Shown: positions 9,981 through 21,053 of the stretch, piece by piece
Numbering within the stretch: position 1 is the stretch's first letter
Layout of the letters: each line of letters begins with the position of its first letter
Assembly (NCBI GenBank): GCA_005223125.1
Contig: NJBH01000004.1
Span: 32,001-96,000 of the forward strand
Origin: Promethearchaeota archaeon Loki_b32
GTDB taxonomy: Archaea > Asgardarchaeota > Lokiarchaeia > Sigyniarchaeales > SOKP01
Direction of reading: 5' to 3'
Length of the DNA: 64,000 nucleotides
Notes under the pieces: generated by a model
Database searches by the model: none
What the model was told of the DNA's origin: nothing
What the model saw: the letters and a program-made list of their open reading frames with translations, nothing else
Program-made: the position numbers and the translations under genes

Positions 9981-11357
9981 ATGAATGGACCCGTTGAACC
10001 TTTTAAGATTAAGATGGTTGAACATGTTAAAATACCTTCTGAGAAAAGAAGAAAAGAAGCAATTAGGAATGCTGGATTTAATACATTTTTACTTTATTCT
10101 GATGATGTATTTATTGATTTATTAACAGATTCTGGAACTACTGCTATGTCTGATAACCAATGGGCAGGCATGATGCTCGGAGATGAGGCATACGCAGGCA
10201 GTAAATCCTTTTATAACTTTGAAAAAGCAATACAAGATGTATTGGGGTATAAATATGTTGTACCTACTCATCAAGGACGTGGTGCTGAACATTTGATGTA
10301 TGGTCATCTTACAAATCCAGGGCAAATTGTTCCAAGAAATATGTATTTCACAACCTCCAAAGCTCATGTAGAATTAGCAGGAGGAACCATGCTTGATGTT
10401 ATTATTGATGACGCTCATGATCCTGAGAATGAAAATCCTTTTAAGGGGAATTTAGATTTTAAAAAGCTTCAAAATCTAATTGATAAGTATGGACCAGAAA
10501 AAATTGCTTTTGTAAATGTAGAATTAAATGTTAATATGAGTGGTGGCCAACCAGTTTCAATGAAAAATTTACGAGAACTAAAGGAATTCTGTGATAAATA
10601 TAAATTAAAGATTATATTCGACGCCACACGCTCAAGTGAGAATGCTTACTTCATTAGAGAGCGAGAAAAAGGTTATGAAAATACACCAATAATTGACATT
10701 CTTAGAGAGATGATGAGCTATTCAGATGGGTGTATATATAGCGCGAAGAAGGATTGTTTAGTTAATATGGGTGGATTTCTAGCGACTCATAATAAAGATA
10801 TATTCGAATACACTAGGGGGATGGTTGTTTTATTCGAAGGTCTACATACATATGGGGGTATGGCAGGCCGAGATATGGAAGCTGTCGCTCGAGGCTTACG
10901 AGAAGGTGCTGAATATGAGTATTTGAAGTATCGTATAAATCAAGTTCGATATTTAGGCGAGCTATTGATGAAAGCGGGTGTTTCTATAGTAAAACCAATT
11001 GGTAGTCATGGTGTTTTTATTGATGCCTTGAAATTCTTACCTCACCTCCCACGGGATCAATGGCCAGCACAAACTCTTTCAGCTGCCATTTATGAAGATT
11101 CTGCCGTTAGGACAATGGAAAGAGGGGCAGTTTCTAAAGGCAGAGATAAGGAAACAGGTGAAAATATCTTTCCAAAATTAGAGCTTGTTAGACTTACAAT
11201 TCCTCGAAGAGTGTACACTAATACTCATATGGAGTACACAGCGGAATCAATTATAAGACTTTATAAGAAGAGGGATTCAATAACAGGTTTAAAAATGGTT
11301 TTTGAACCTAAACATTTGCGGTTTTTCCAGGCGAGATTCGAACAACTTAGTCTTTAA
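9981..11357 (+). CDS. tpl: tyrosine phenol-lyase / tryptophanase family beta-eliminating lyase (TPL-like determinants)
   Basis: IDLLTDSGT, PTHQGRGAE, PLP-Lys SAKKD; NMYFTT, MERG and LRFF match TPL rather than TnaA residues. Confidence 0.8.
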   Translation: MNGPVEPFKIKMVEHVKIPSEKRRKEAIRNAGFNTFLLYSDDVFIDLLTDSGTTAMSDNQWAGMMLGDEAYAGSKSFYNFEKAIQDVLGYKYVVPTHQGRGAEHLMYGHLTNPGQIVPRNMYFTTSKAHVELAGGTMLDVIIDDAHDPENENPFKGNLDFKKLQNLIDKYGPEKIAFVNVELNVNMSGGQPVSMKNLRELKEFCDKYKLKIIFDATRSSENAYFIREREKGYENTPIIDILREMMSYSDGCIYSAKKDCLVNMGGFLATHNKDIFEYTRGMVVLFEGLHTYGGMAGRDMEAVARGLREGAEYEYLKYRINQVRYLGELLMKAGVSIVKPIGSHGVFIDALKFLPHLPRDQWPAQTLSAAIYEDSAVRTMERGAVSKGRDKETGENIFPKLELVRLTIPRRVYTNTHMEYTAESIIRLYKKRDSITGLKMVFEPKHLRFFQARFEQLSL

Positions 11358-11867
11358 AAATTCTAAAACCTTTTTTTAAGCTTTTCGTGTATAATATGCC
11401 ATTAGGCTAGAATACATGTAATATCAAAAAGTTCTGGATAAGGGTTAATTTTCTAATGTTATACATGATTGGCTTCTGGAAAAAGAATATAAATTATTAA
11501 AAAAAAGATTTATAAAAAAATGATTTAAAAATAAAAGAAATCATCTGAATTAAGGAGCTCATTCACATCGGTTTGGGAAAATTGAATTTATATTGGTAAA
11601 TATGATACTCTTTTGGTTGAAAATGATGCATATTTCATAAAAGAAATTTAAATTTATTCCTAATTTACCAAAAAAAAAGAAATTATATTGTTATTCAAGA
11701 CAAAAAATTGGTCCAAATAAGAATCTGGATCGAAAAAGAAAATAATGCTTTCAATATATTAAGAGATATTGGAAAGGTAAAAAACTTTAATCATTTAAGT
11801 TTTTTTTATTTTTGTTAATTATATATTCCTTTGTTGTTTTAAATATTGTTTATTATCTGTATTGCAT

Positions 11868-13058
11868 TTAGAGTTGCTGGATCGCCTTCTTGATCCGATC
11901 GAGCCCTTCTTTTAGTATTTTACGGGGATACCCAATACTTAAACGTTGAAATCCTTCTCCATTCGCCAAGAAATCCCGCCCATCGTAAGGGATAATATGG
12001 GCATTTTTAATGAGATGCTGAAATACTTGATTTGGAGCCAGTGGAACTTTCCGAAAATCGAGCCAAATGAGCGGAGTGCCTTCACGGAGGATTAAATCAA
12101 TATTCATCTCGTGTTCTGTTAGATAATCTTGCACAAAACGAAAGTTATCATCCAAGTATTGGTTCAATAAATCTACCCATGGGGCACATTGATTATAAGC
12201 AGCTTGCATTCCGAGAATCCCAAATATATTAGGTGCATAAATAAATTTTTTATCAAAAAAGTGGAAAAAGGGTGCCCTTATCTCTGGATTTTTAATAAAA
12301 ATATTAGAGATTTTTAGGCCAGAAGTATTAAACGTTTTGGTCATTGAACTGAGAACAATCGTTTTTAACCCTAATTCAGGAGAAATATCCGCAATTGAGG
12401 TATAGTGATGCCCTTGCGAGATAAGATCACAATGAATCTCATCGGACACAATCATTACATTATAATTCAAGCATAAATCCCCTAGACGTTGCAATTCCAT
12501 TCGGGTCCAGACGCGTCCCACTGGGTTATGCGGATTACATAAGATAACGAGTTTGAGGGAATGCGTTTGAAACGTACGTTCAATCTGATCGAAATCCATA
12601 TGATAAGTGCCTTTTTCAAGGCGAAGAGGAACCATAATAAGTTTTCGAGCCTGATCAGTTGCAGCTTCTGCCAAAGGTCTGTAAATCGGTGGAAAAATTA
12701 AGATTTCATCTCCTGGATTCGTAAAAAATTGGATAACATTCCGTAAACTAAATATGACGCCCGTAGAATAGAGAATTTCTTCCCGCGAAAACTTGATATT
12801 ATGCCGATGTTGATACCATTGAATGACTGAATCATAATAATCGGGCTTGACTAACGTATATCCATATATCCCGTGATTATTGCGTTGTTGCAGAATATCA
12901 ATAATGGGTTGGGGACATTCAAAATCCATTTCTGCATGGTTAAATGGGAGAAGATCTGCTGTACCAAATCGTTCGATCATGTAATTGGGATCCCATTTAA
13001 TGGACCACGTCCGTGTTCTGTCCAGATATTTATCAAAAAGATCCAGAGAAAAGTCCAT
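11868..13058 (-). CDS. MalY/PatB family PLP-dependent C-S lyase (cystathionine beta-lyase-like)
   Basis: SIKWD, AEMDF, LCNPHNPVGRVWT, SDEIHCD, SMTKTFN. Confidence 0.9.
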   Translation of the reverse strand: MDFSLDLFDKYLDRTRTWSIKWDPNYMIERFGTADLLPFNHAEMDFECPQPIIDILQQRNNHGIYGYTLVKPDYYDSVIQWYQHRHNIKFSREEILYSTGVIFSLRNVIQFFTNPGDEILIFPPIYRPLAEAATDQARKLIMVPLRLEKGTYHMDFDQIERTFQTHSLKLVILCNPHNPVGRVWTRMELQRLGDLCLNYNVMIVSDEIHCDLISQGHHYTSIADISPELGLKTIVLSSMTKTFNTSGLKISNIFIKNPEIRAPFFHFFDKKFIYAPNIFGILGMQAAYNQCAPWVDLLNQYLDDNFRFVQDYLTEHEMNIDLILREGTPLIWLDFRKVPLAPNQVFQHLIKNAHIIPYDGRDFLANGEGFQRLSIGYPRKILKEGLDRIKKAIQQL

Positions 13059-13233
13059 GATATGAGTTATTATAGGAAAAATAGAAATTAAAACCCATCA
13101 AATTTTTTTCGTTATAATGATTTTCTAGAATTATTTTCAATTATAACTAAAATGATTTAACTTTCGGTTCTCTTAATAGAATTAGAGTGTCATCACTAAG
13201 ATTTGAGCATAAATCGAAAATCCAACTTCTTCA

Positions 13234-13312
13234 GTTAGACTCCATGAGAAGAGAGATATTATTCCTGGTTTAAAAATGATTTTTAGGACTAAAAATTTGC
13301 GATTTTTCCAAG
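13234..13312 (+). pseudogene. degenerate remnant of the tpl 3' end (third copy)
   Basis: Translates VRLHEKRDIIPGLKMIFRTKNLRFFQ versus IRLYKKRDSITGLKMVFEPKHLRFFQ in the intact gene. Confidence 0.7.
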
Positions 13313-13519
13313 TAATTTAGAAAGATAAAAAGTTGAGAATCAAATCGCTTCTATTTTATGATGAAAGGGGAACTCCAATGGCGTTTACTGATGAGAATAA
13401 ACATTTCTTTACTTTATTGTTGAAAGATTGTAAATATCTATGAAAAATCTGCGTATAATCATGGGGAAAAAAATAAATCAAAAAAAAAAGGTTTTAATTT
13501 ATTAAAGGAGAAGGTTCCA

Positions 13520-13852
13520 GCTTTAAAATTCTTACCTCACCTTCCACGAGACCAATGGCCAGCACAAACTCTTTCAGCTGCTATCTATGAAGATTCTGCT
13601 GTTAGGACAATGGAAAGAGAGGCAGTTTCTAAAGGTAGAGATAAAGACACAGGTGAAAATATATTTCCCCCCTTAGAATTAGTCAGATTTACAATACCAC
13701 GTAGAGTATACACAAATACTCATATGGAATATATAGCGGAGTCCATAGTTAGACTCTACGAGAAGAGAGACACAATACCAGGTTTAAAAATGGTTTTTGA
13801 ACCTAAACATTTAAGGTTTTTCCAGGCTAGATTCGAACAACTGGCTTTCTAA
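13520..13852 (+). pseudogene. 5'-truncated second copy of tpl (C-terminal ~110 codons)
   Basis: ALKFLPHLPRDQWPAQTLSAAIYEDSAVRTMER...FFQARFEQL, nearly identical to 11025-11357; no upstream homology. Confidence 0.85.
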
Positions 13853-13856
13853 AAAA

Positions 13857-14333
13857 CTAAAACCTTTTTTCTAGAACTGTAATAATCGGTTGAAAGCCTA
13901 CTTTACTAAATACATCAAGCAATTTTTTATCTGTAGTGTATGAGAGATTGATTCGTATAGAATCAGTTCCCCAAGATTCCAAAATTTGAATTGCCCTATC
14001 TGCTAAGATTTTACCCACACCCTTTCCAATAAATTCTTTTTTTGTAGCCCAATTATCTAAATAACCAATATATCTTCCAAGTGTATTTTTTACAGCTTCA
14101 ATCATCCCCATGCTTACAACTTGACCCGTGGATTTTAATTCTGCGATTAATGTAATTCGTTTAAGATTTGGTTTAAATTGCCTTAATCCTGAAGATTCTC
14201 TCCATTGTTTTTCATTAAACCCAATATCAAACATCTCATTTAATTCTTTTAAAATCTCTAAAGTGGCTTGATAATCTGAAGTACGGTAATTTCTAATAAT
14301 AATACCATCTTCTTGAATTTCATCTTTTGACAT
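13857..14333 (-). CDS. GNAT family acetyltransferase
   Basis: IRNYRTSD start, motif A-like FIGKGVGKILA. Confidence 0.75.
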   Translation of the reverse strand: MSKDEIQEDGIIIRNYRTSDYQATLEILKELNEMFDIGFNEKQWRESSGLRQFKPNLKRITLIAELKSTGQVVSMGMIEAVKNTLGRYIGYLDNWATKKEFIGKGVGKILADRAIQILESWGTDSIRINLSYTTDKKLLDVFSKVGFQPIITVLEKRF

Positions 14334-14347
14334 ATTTATTAACCTTT

Positions 14348-15397
14348 TTAATTAGATATTTTATTTATTAATTTTAAATCAATCCTATGTATAAGAATTT
14401 TTTCACTAATACCAATATCATCTTCTTGCTTAATAGTAACTAAATATTCATCAATATGAGGCACTATTGGTGTGACAAACAAGAGTTCCTCCTGAGGGAA
14501 CCAGAAATCAACCTTTTGGCTCATTACTTCTTTTTCAAAATATTCTTTTACATGAGTTATTATGACAGACATATTTGTTAGATCTTTATCTGTATTATTC
14601 TGAACTGTAATTTCAATTTCTTGGCTGTTTTCAATAAAATTAAGGTTTGTAATTACGAGTTGCGATAATGGTAAAATACTATCTGTTGCTTTTTTCGATG
14701 AATCAAAGAGTTCTATGTTTGTAAAGCCACCTTCTCCTTTTAAACTGCTAAGAGGAGAGAACTCAAAACCTTTAAGAGAAAAATATGATATAGCCTTCTG
14801 TGTCTTGAAAGATGGGGATTCTGCTCTTGTTTCAATAGCTTTTGAAAAATATTCTTTAATAGTTTTATCGATTAATTCCCTCATAAAAACCTTGGTTTTC
14901 ATTCCTTGAGAAATACGTTCTTGAATCTTTGGTGTCTTTATCACAAAATCTGTAACAATTTCACTTTCTATAACCTTATACAATTTATCTTCGAAATTAT
15001 ATCGTAATTCTTCTGTTAACCTTTTAATTAACTCATCTCCGAAAATATCTATTTCAACTGGTAGAGACACAATGATAACTATTGTTTCTGGAGTTTCTGC
15101 CTTAAGTCCTGCTCTCCTTTTTTGTCTTTCTGATTTTGCGAGAAATTTTTTTCCAAAAAATGTATATCCTTTATATTCTAAATCAATATGGTCGAGTTCT
15201 TCAGTTTCTAAGAACCAAACCGGATGATAATTTATGGGGCGCATGTATCTTGTATCATTTCTAAGCCGATCATCAGGATATATTAATAGTGGCACCTGAC
15301 CACGTTTTTCATCGAAAAACATAACATATACAACACATAAAGCTTCATTAGGATTTTTTTCCACTTTTATATCAAAAATATCCGACACGGCAACCAA
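14348..15397 (-). CDS. uDENN/longin-like domain protein with C-terminal beta-sandwich (Asgard ESP-like)
   Basis: N-term VYVMFFDEKRGQVPLLIYP resembles the uDENN/NPRL2-type start; C-term domain shared with 55865..57358 and 60539..61750. Confidence 0.55.
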   Translation of the reverse strand: MVAVSDIFDIKVEKNPNEALCVVYVMFFDEKRGQVPLLIYPDDRLRNDTRYMRPINYHPVWFLETEELDHIDLEYKGYTFFGKKFLAKSERQKRRAGLKAETPETIVIIVSLPVEIDIFGDELIKRLTEELRYNFEDKLYKVIESEIVTDFVIKTPKIQERISQGMKTKVFMRELIDKTIKEYFSKAIETRAESPSFKTQKAISYFSLKGFEFSPLSSLKGEGGFTNIELFDSSKKATDSILPLSQLVITNLNFIENSQEIEITVQNNTDKDLTNMSVIITHVKEYFEKEVMSQKVDFWFPQEELLFVTPIVPHIDEYLVTIKQEDDIGISEKILIHRIDLKLINKISN

Positions 15398-15711
15398 TTC
15401 AAGAAAAATTCTAAGGATAATTATAATTCCTTATTCAGAAGAAAAAAATTCTTCTTATTCTAAAAATTTAACTATAAAAAAGTGTAAATCTAATAAAAAT
15501 ACTTGTATTTTGCCCTTTTTTTTTGATTTAGACCGTTTGATTCTAATGCTGAGTGTTTGAGGTTTCAATGTGCTGATATTAAGAAGGTAATTCAATCATT
15601 TCAATATTCCTTTCTATAACATAAGAAATTAGTTTTATATGTATAGAAATTTCATAAAACTTTTTTATTTCAAAACGACTTTCTTTTTTATCAAAAAATC
15701 TCAAAACTTTA

Positions 15712-16806
15712 GTGAAACGAAAAATGCAAATTATAGATATTAAAACTCACTTAGTTCAGCTCAATTTTTCTATTAAAATTGGGAGCATGCCAAGGTTTAA
15801 AGCTTCAGGATTGTACACGCAAATTATAACTGACGAGGATATTGAAGGATGGGCATTATCTCATTGGAATTTGTCCAATCTTGCGCAAAAACAATTTATT
15901 GATGATGCTCTTAGCAAGCTACTAATTAACAAAGACCCTTTCATGACAGATGCGATTTATAACGAAATTTACCATGTAACAAATAGGATAATGTTTGGAA
16001 TACCTCAAGCTACGAGTGCAGTAATGATAGCATTAATGGATATCATTGGAAAAGCCACTAAGCAACCAATCTATAAGATACTTGGGGGCCGAAAGCAGAA
16101 AGTGAAGGCATACGCATCACTATTTCGAGTTTATAAACCTAAGGCAGCGGTAGGTGCAACTCAAGCCGCGATCGAGACAGGAGGGTTTAATGCTGTTAAG
16201 TTAAGGATCGGACAAGGTATTAAAAAAGATGAAGCCCTCCTAAAAGCTGTCCGAGACGCTTTTCCTGATATAGAATTAATGGTGGATGTTAACTCAGGTT
16301 ATACTTCAGTTATGGATGCCTTAAAGATTGCTAAACTTTGTTATAAATATGATCTGACTTGGTTGGAAGAACCTTTACCTTCTGATAATCTTAATGGCCT
16401 TGCCAAATTGAGAGAGCTTTCTCCAGTTCCAATTGCTGGTGGTGAAAATGACATGGGAATATTCCGATTTGAGGACATTCTGGATAAAAATTGCTACGAT
16501 ATAATCCAACCGGATGTAACTCGATGTGGTAGTTATATGGAGATAAAGAAGATTGATGCTTTAGCAGAGGTGAAAGGTGTGCGTTGTATTCCTCACATTT
16601 TTGGCTACGGTCATATCCTAGCTGCTAATCTTCATTTTATAATGGCTTCGAGATGTGAATTTTGTGAATTTCCTTATTATCCTGAGCAATTTCAAATGCT
16701 TGAAGAACCAATAAAAGTTGAAAAAGGATTTGTCAAAGCTATAGAAAAACCGGGATTGGGTGTAGAGATTAACAAGAAAATGTTTGAAGAAAATGTAATT
16801 AATTAA
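15712..16806 (+). CDS. mandelate racemase/muconate lactonizing enzyme family (enolase superfamily)
   Basis: KLRIG, LMVDVN, WLEEP, AGGEN, IIQPD motifs. Confidence 0.9.
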   Translation: MKRKMQIIDIKTHLVQLNFSIKIGSMPRFKASGLYTQIITDEDIEGWALSHWNLSNLAQKQFIDDALSKLLINKDPFMTDAIYNEIYHVTNRIMFGIPQATSAVMIALMDIIGKATKQPIYKILGGRKQKVKAYASLFRVYKPKAAVGATQAAIETGGFNAVKLRIGQGIKKDEALLKAVRDAFPDIELMVDVNSGYTSVMDALKIAKLCYKYDLTWLEEPLPSDNLNGLAKLRELSPVPIAGGENDMGIFRFEDILDKNCYDIIQPDVTRCGSYMEIKKIDALAEVKGVRCIPHIFGYGHILAANLHFIMASRCEFCEFPYYPEQFQMLEEPIKVEKGFVKAIEKPGLGVEINKKMFEENVIN

Positions 16807-16894
16807 TTGATTTTTAATTTAAAGATAAACTAGCGAAGATCGTATGAATTTTCAAATTAGTTAAAACAAAAATTTTTTTGCTTCCTTAGAAAAT

Positions 16895-17824
16895 ATGACA
16901 GACGTAAACTATATTTTCTTGTTATCTCTCACGATAATTGTAATAGGGTATATTCTCAAAAAACTAAACATAATTTCAGAAGAAAATGGCAAAACAATTG
17001 CAAAAGTAGTTTTTAATGTTACATTACCGGCTTTAATTTTAAATGTTATAATCTCTATTGAAATTACTCCCTCTTTAGGCCTGATAACCCTAATTTCCAT
17101 CCTTTATTGTATTCCTATTCTTGTTTTAGCTTTTACACTTTTTAGAAATTATCCAAAAGAAATAAAAGGATTAATTTTCATGGCAGTTATAGGATTTAAT
17201 GTAGGTCATTTTGCGTATCCTTTAATTGAAGGAATTTGGAATGAAGAAGGGCTTAAATATATTGCGATGTTCGACATTGGAAACGCAATGGTAATTTTTG
17301 TTATTTGTTATATTTTAGGGCTAATTTATTCACCTAATAATGAATTCCAGGATAAAAAAGAGTTAGCTAAGAATATCTTATTTAAGTTATTGTAATCAGC
17401 TCCATTAATGAGTTATATTATAGCTATTATCTTGAATTTCCTAAATATGGGATTCCCTATTTTTGTTTTAGATATATTAGATGTCTTATCAAGAGCAAAT
17501 ATGGCTTTAACTTTACTATTATTAGGAATTTTCTTAAATTTTAAGTTCGAAAAATCACAGTGGAAAAATGCTTTTATTGTACTTATTATTCGATATTCTT
17601 TTGGATTGGTAATTGGACTTATATTGTTTTTCTCATTACCATTTGATCAGTTATATAGAGGAATATTGGCTATTGCTCTAATTCTACCAATTGGTTTAGC
17701 AATTATCCCTTTTACAGTAGAATTCGAGTATAATGAGAGGTTTGCTGGAATGGTTGCTAATTTAACAATTATTATCTCATTTGTACTTCTTTGGGTCGTA
17801 ATTATACTCTTAGGATTCGGATAA
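16895..17824 (+). pseudogene. AEC (auxin efflux carrier/malate permease) family transporter split by in-frame TAA at 17393-17395
   Basis: Two track ORFs share a frame: FKLL*SAPLMSY; VFNVTLPAL and FNVGHFAYPL AEC motifs. Confidence 0.75.
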
Positions 17825-17893
17825 TATTAAAGAAAGTTTTTAATGAAAAGTTGGTTTAAAACCTAAATATAGAACAAATTTTGGAGAAATAAA

Positions 17894-18646
17894 ATGAGCT
17901 CATTGAAAATGGAAGAATTGAATTGGGTTGATATTAAACAAGCGATTAATAATGGTTTCAAAACTGTAGTCATCGGAGTAGGATCTACAGAACAGCATGG
18001 ACCGCACTTACCAACTCAGACTGATGCATTAACCGCAGAAGTCATAGCTAATTTAGTTGCTCGAAAGTTAAAGAATGCTTTACAAGCACAAACTATAAGA
18101 GTAGGGTGCTCAGATCACCACTTATCTTTTCCTGGAACAATATCATTAAAAAAATCCACTCTACAGGCGATTATTTATGATTATATTGACAGTCTTCAAA
18201 AACATGGATTTGAAAATATTGTTTTTATCCCAACACATGGAGGAAACTTTAATCCGTTACAAAAAGCTGTTGATAAAGCAAAGAAAAAATACCCAGATAT
18301 AAAAATAGTTGCTTACACTGATTTATTGGGTTATGTAGATACTCAGAATAAAATCGCGTCTGATTTTAAAATTACAGTGGAAGAAGCGGGAGCCCATGCT
18401 GGGGAAGTTGAAACATCCCAAATTCTATCCCTCGCTGAGAATCTTGTCAATAGAGAAAGATTTCAACCAGGATTTCTTGGTGTTCTAGGAGAAGAAGAAA
18501 TTGAAATGCTTTTTGAAAATGGAATGCCTAGTTTAACTGAAATTGGTGTAATTGGAGATCCAACAAAAGCAAGTAAAGAAAAAGGAAAAATCTATATTGA
18601 GAAAATAGCTGTATTTCTGACTAAGGAAATTAAAAAGCAATTATAA
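17894..18646 (+). CDS. creatininase/creatinine amidohydrolase family protein
   Basis: GSTEQHGPHLP..D, HGGN, HAGEVETS, GVIGDP. Confidence 0.9.
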   Translation: MSSLKMEELNWVDIKQAINNGFKTVVIGVGSTEQHGPHLPTQTDALTAEVIANLVARKLKNALQAQTIRVGCSDHHLSFPGTISLKKSTLQAIIYDYIDSLQKHGFENIVFIPTHGGNFNPLQKAVDKAKKKYPDIKIVAYTDLLGYVDTQNKIASDFKITVEEAGAHAGEVETSQILSLAENLVNRERFQPGFLGVLGEEEIEMLFENGMPSLTEIGVIGDPTKASKEKGKIYIEKIAVFLTKEIKKQL

Positions 18647-18742
18647 ATAGTAAATTTCCTTCATTTTGGAGGATCAATAATTAAGAGATAAAAATTATAA
18701 TTAACGTTTTAGCTTTAGGTACATTCAAAATTTTGATTTTTT

Positions 18743-20017
18743 TTATGATAAAATAGGCTCAAAATCTAAGTATAAATTAAATTCTTTTCTATTTTTATCA
18801 AAATTCTGTGTAGAGTTCTTGACGATTGACTCTATTGCATCATCGTTTAGCTTATTTATGAATGAATTATTAATTTTTGTCCAATGCGGCATTCCAACTA
18901 AAAATATATTCCATAAGTGATTCTTTTTTTTCTTAGCTCTTGTTTCAACCTCTCTTGAGAGGAGAGCCCAAAATAAAATTAATTTGTATGATATTCCTGT
19001 ATCTATTTTTAACCCCATTCGTTGAAAACTTCCAAATGCTAAGATCATCAATAAAGCCAAGCTATATTTCATTTGAATTTTATAAGAATGGAACAAGAAC
19101 TTTTTTTTTATTAATGCCCAATTAAGGTTACTGAGGAATTCATTATCTGTTTCCTGGATACTCTGCTTCAGTTTATTAAAATAAAACTCTTTGGTTAAGT
19201 GAGGCTTTGTTTCAACAAACTGGAAAATCCTAAGGGCTCCAGCTATTCTCCATTCTAACCATTCTTGAGAATATTCTTTCGCTTTCGTTAAAGAGGACTC
19301 TTTATCTGACCAAGAACGGAGTATCGTTTTTAGTTTATAATTAATCTCATCATAATACTTTACATAATGATCATAAATTTTAGCATAAGAATAGCCTAGA
19401 ATATCAATATAAGTAAAAATTTCTAACATATCTATGAATTTGTCAATGTAAATTTCATTAGAGAATAATTCGGTAAATTCTGGGTCGTTTAACAGAGAAT
19501 ATACTGCATAATAAGTAGATTCTCCAGTATAAATAGTTGCAAATAATAAATGATATTGTATAACCTTACTAATAAGTAAGTGATCAACGTCAGAAAGCTT
19601 ATAATGTTCAAGCAAATTCATGGTTGAAATTATTTGGTAACTATGATAGGGGTGGTGTTTTTTATCAATGAATCGTCCAATATCGTGATAAATAAGGATT
19701 AATGGAATTATTAATTCATTTTGAGAATTTTGTATCAAAATTTTTTTTCTAATAATATTTAAAGATTCTTGTGAAAGTGTTTCATGAAAAAATACTCCAT
19801 CTTGTATTAAATAGAATATTTTAAATAGTCTAAATATGTGTCTTATAGTTCTTTGAAATTCCTCATTATCTTTATCGCTCGCTTCTTGAAAAATATTCTC
19901 TAAATTTGGAAATATTAATAAAAGAGCATTAAATTCATCAGAAGTAAATAATTCTTCGGAATTATCTATCCACGAAAGATCCACGTTATTAAATAACTTG
20001 TATAACGAATTTTTCAT
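18743..20017 (-). CDS. hypothetical protein with HD-like motif
   Basis: 424 aa; LIYHDIGR..HPYHS..IQYH..YIDILG. Confidence 0.55.
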   Translation of the reverse strand: MKNSLYKLFNNVDLSWIDNSEELFTSDEFNALLLIFPNLENIFQEASDKDNEEFQRTIRHIFRLFKIFYLIQDGVFFHETLSQESLNIIRKKILIQNSQNELIIPLILIYHDIGRFIDKKHHPYHSYQIISTMNLLEHYKLSDVDHLLISKVIQYHLLFATIYTGESTYYAVYSLLNDPEFTELFSNEIYIDKFIDMLEIFTYIDILGYSYAKIYDHYVKYYDEINYKLKTILRSWSDKESSLTKAKEYSQEWLEWRIAGALRIFQFVETKPHLTKEFYFNKLKQSIQETDNEFLSNLNWALIKKKFLFHSYKIQMKYSLALLMILAFGSFQRMGLKIDTGISYKLILFWALLSREVETRAKKKKNHLWNIFLVGMPHWTKINNSFINKLNDDAIESIVKNSTQNFDKNRKEFNLYLDFEPILS

Positions 20018-20020
20018 ATT

Positions 20021-20977
20021 CTATTCAAGTTTTTTTTCTAATAATTGAAAGAATGGCTCTAAATCGATGTTCCCACCACTCAAAATAGCTCCTACTTTTT
20101 TATTATTTACCAAAATTTTCTTAGATAATAGAGCCGCTAATGGAACGGCACCTGAAGGTTCAACAATAATTTTCATACGTCTCCATAGAAATCTCATTGC
20201 TTCAATTATATCAATTTCAGACACGGTTACTATTTGGTCTACGTATTTCTGAATGAACTTAAATGTTTTTTCAGAAATAGACGTACGTAATCCATCAGCA
20301 ATGGTATTTGGATAAGTACTTGGTATTATATATCCTGCTTTAAGCGACCTAAGACCATCATCAGCTATTGAGGGCTCAACTCCAATCACTTGAGCATTTG
20401 GACATAGACCTTTAGAGGCAATAGCAGTTCCACTTAATAGACCTCCCCCTCCTAATGGGGCAATAACTAAATCAAGATCACCTACTTCTTTAATTAGTTC
20501 AAAGGCTGCAGTACCTTGCCCATTTATTATATTATCATTATCATAGGGGTGGATTAGAATTGAATTGTTTCTTTCAATTATCTCCTCAGTAGTTTGAGCT
20601 CTAGATTCTAGATTATTATCACAAAATACAATCTCAGCACCATAACCTTTTGTCGCATTGATTTTATTTACTGGGGCTCCTTTCGGCATAACTATTGTTG
20701 CTTTAATTCCTAATAATGACGCTGCTAGTGCAATAGCTTGGGCATGATTACCACTCGAGTGTGTAATAACTCCTTGTTTTTTTTGTTTTTCTGTAAGTAA
20801 ACTCAACGTGTTGTAAGCTCCTCGAAATTTAAAAGCTCCAACTCTTTGAAAATTTTCACATTTTAAATAATTTTTAGAACCCGTAATGCTATTGAGGGTT
20901 CGTGAAGTCATAACCGGTGTTTTATTAACAACCTCTATATTTCTATTATATGCATCCTGTATACCTTCAAAAGACAA
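20021..20977 (-). CDS. threonine/serine dehydratase (serine racemase-like), PLP
   Basis: LKCENFQRVGAFKFRGA, SSGNHAQ, GGGGLLSG, SGGNID. Confidence 0.9.
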   Translation of the reverse strand: MSFEGIQDAYNRNIEVVNKTPVMTSRTLNSITGSKNYLKCENFQRVGAFKFRGAYNTLSLLTEKQKKQGVITHSSGNHAQAIALAASLLGIKATIVMPKGAPVNKINATKGYGAEIVFCDNNLESRAQTTEEIIERNNSILIHPYDNDNIINGQGTAAFELIKEVGDLDLVIAPLGGGGLLSGTAIASKGLCPNAQVIGVEPSIADDGLRSLKAGYIIPSTYPNTIADGLRTSISEKTFKFIQKYVDQIVTVSEIDIIEAMRFLWRRMKIIVEPSGAVPLAALLSKKILVNNKKVGAILSGGNIDLEPFFQLLEKKLE

Positions 20978-21053
20978 ATTTAATACCTATTTTTTCTATT
21001 TTAATAGTTTTTAAAATTATAATTATAAAAAAGAATAGTTCAAGGTAAAAATA

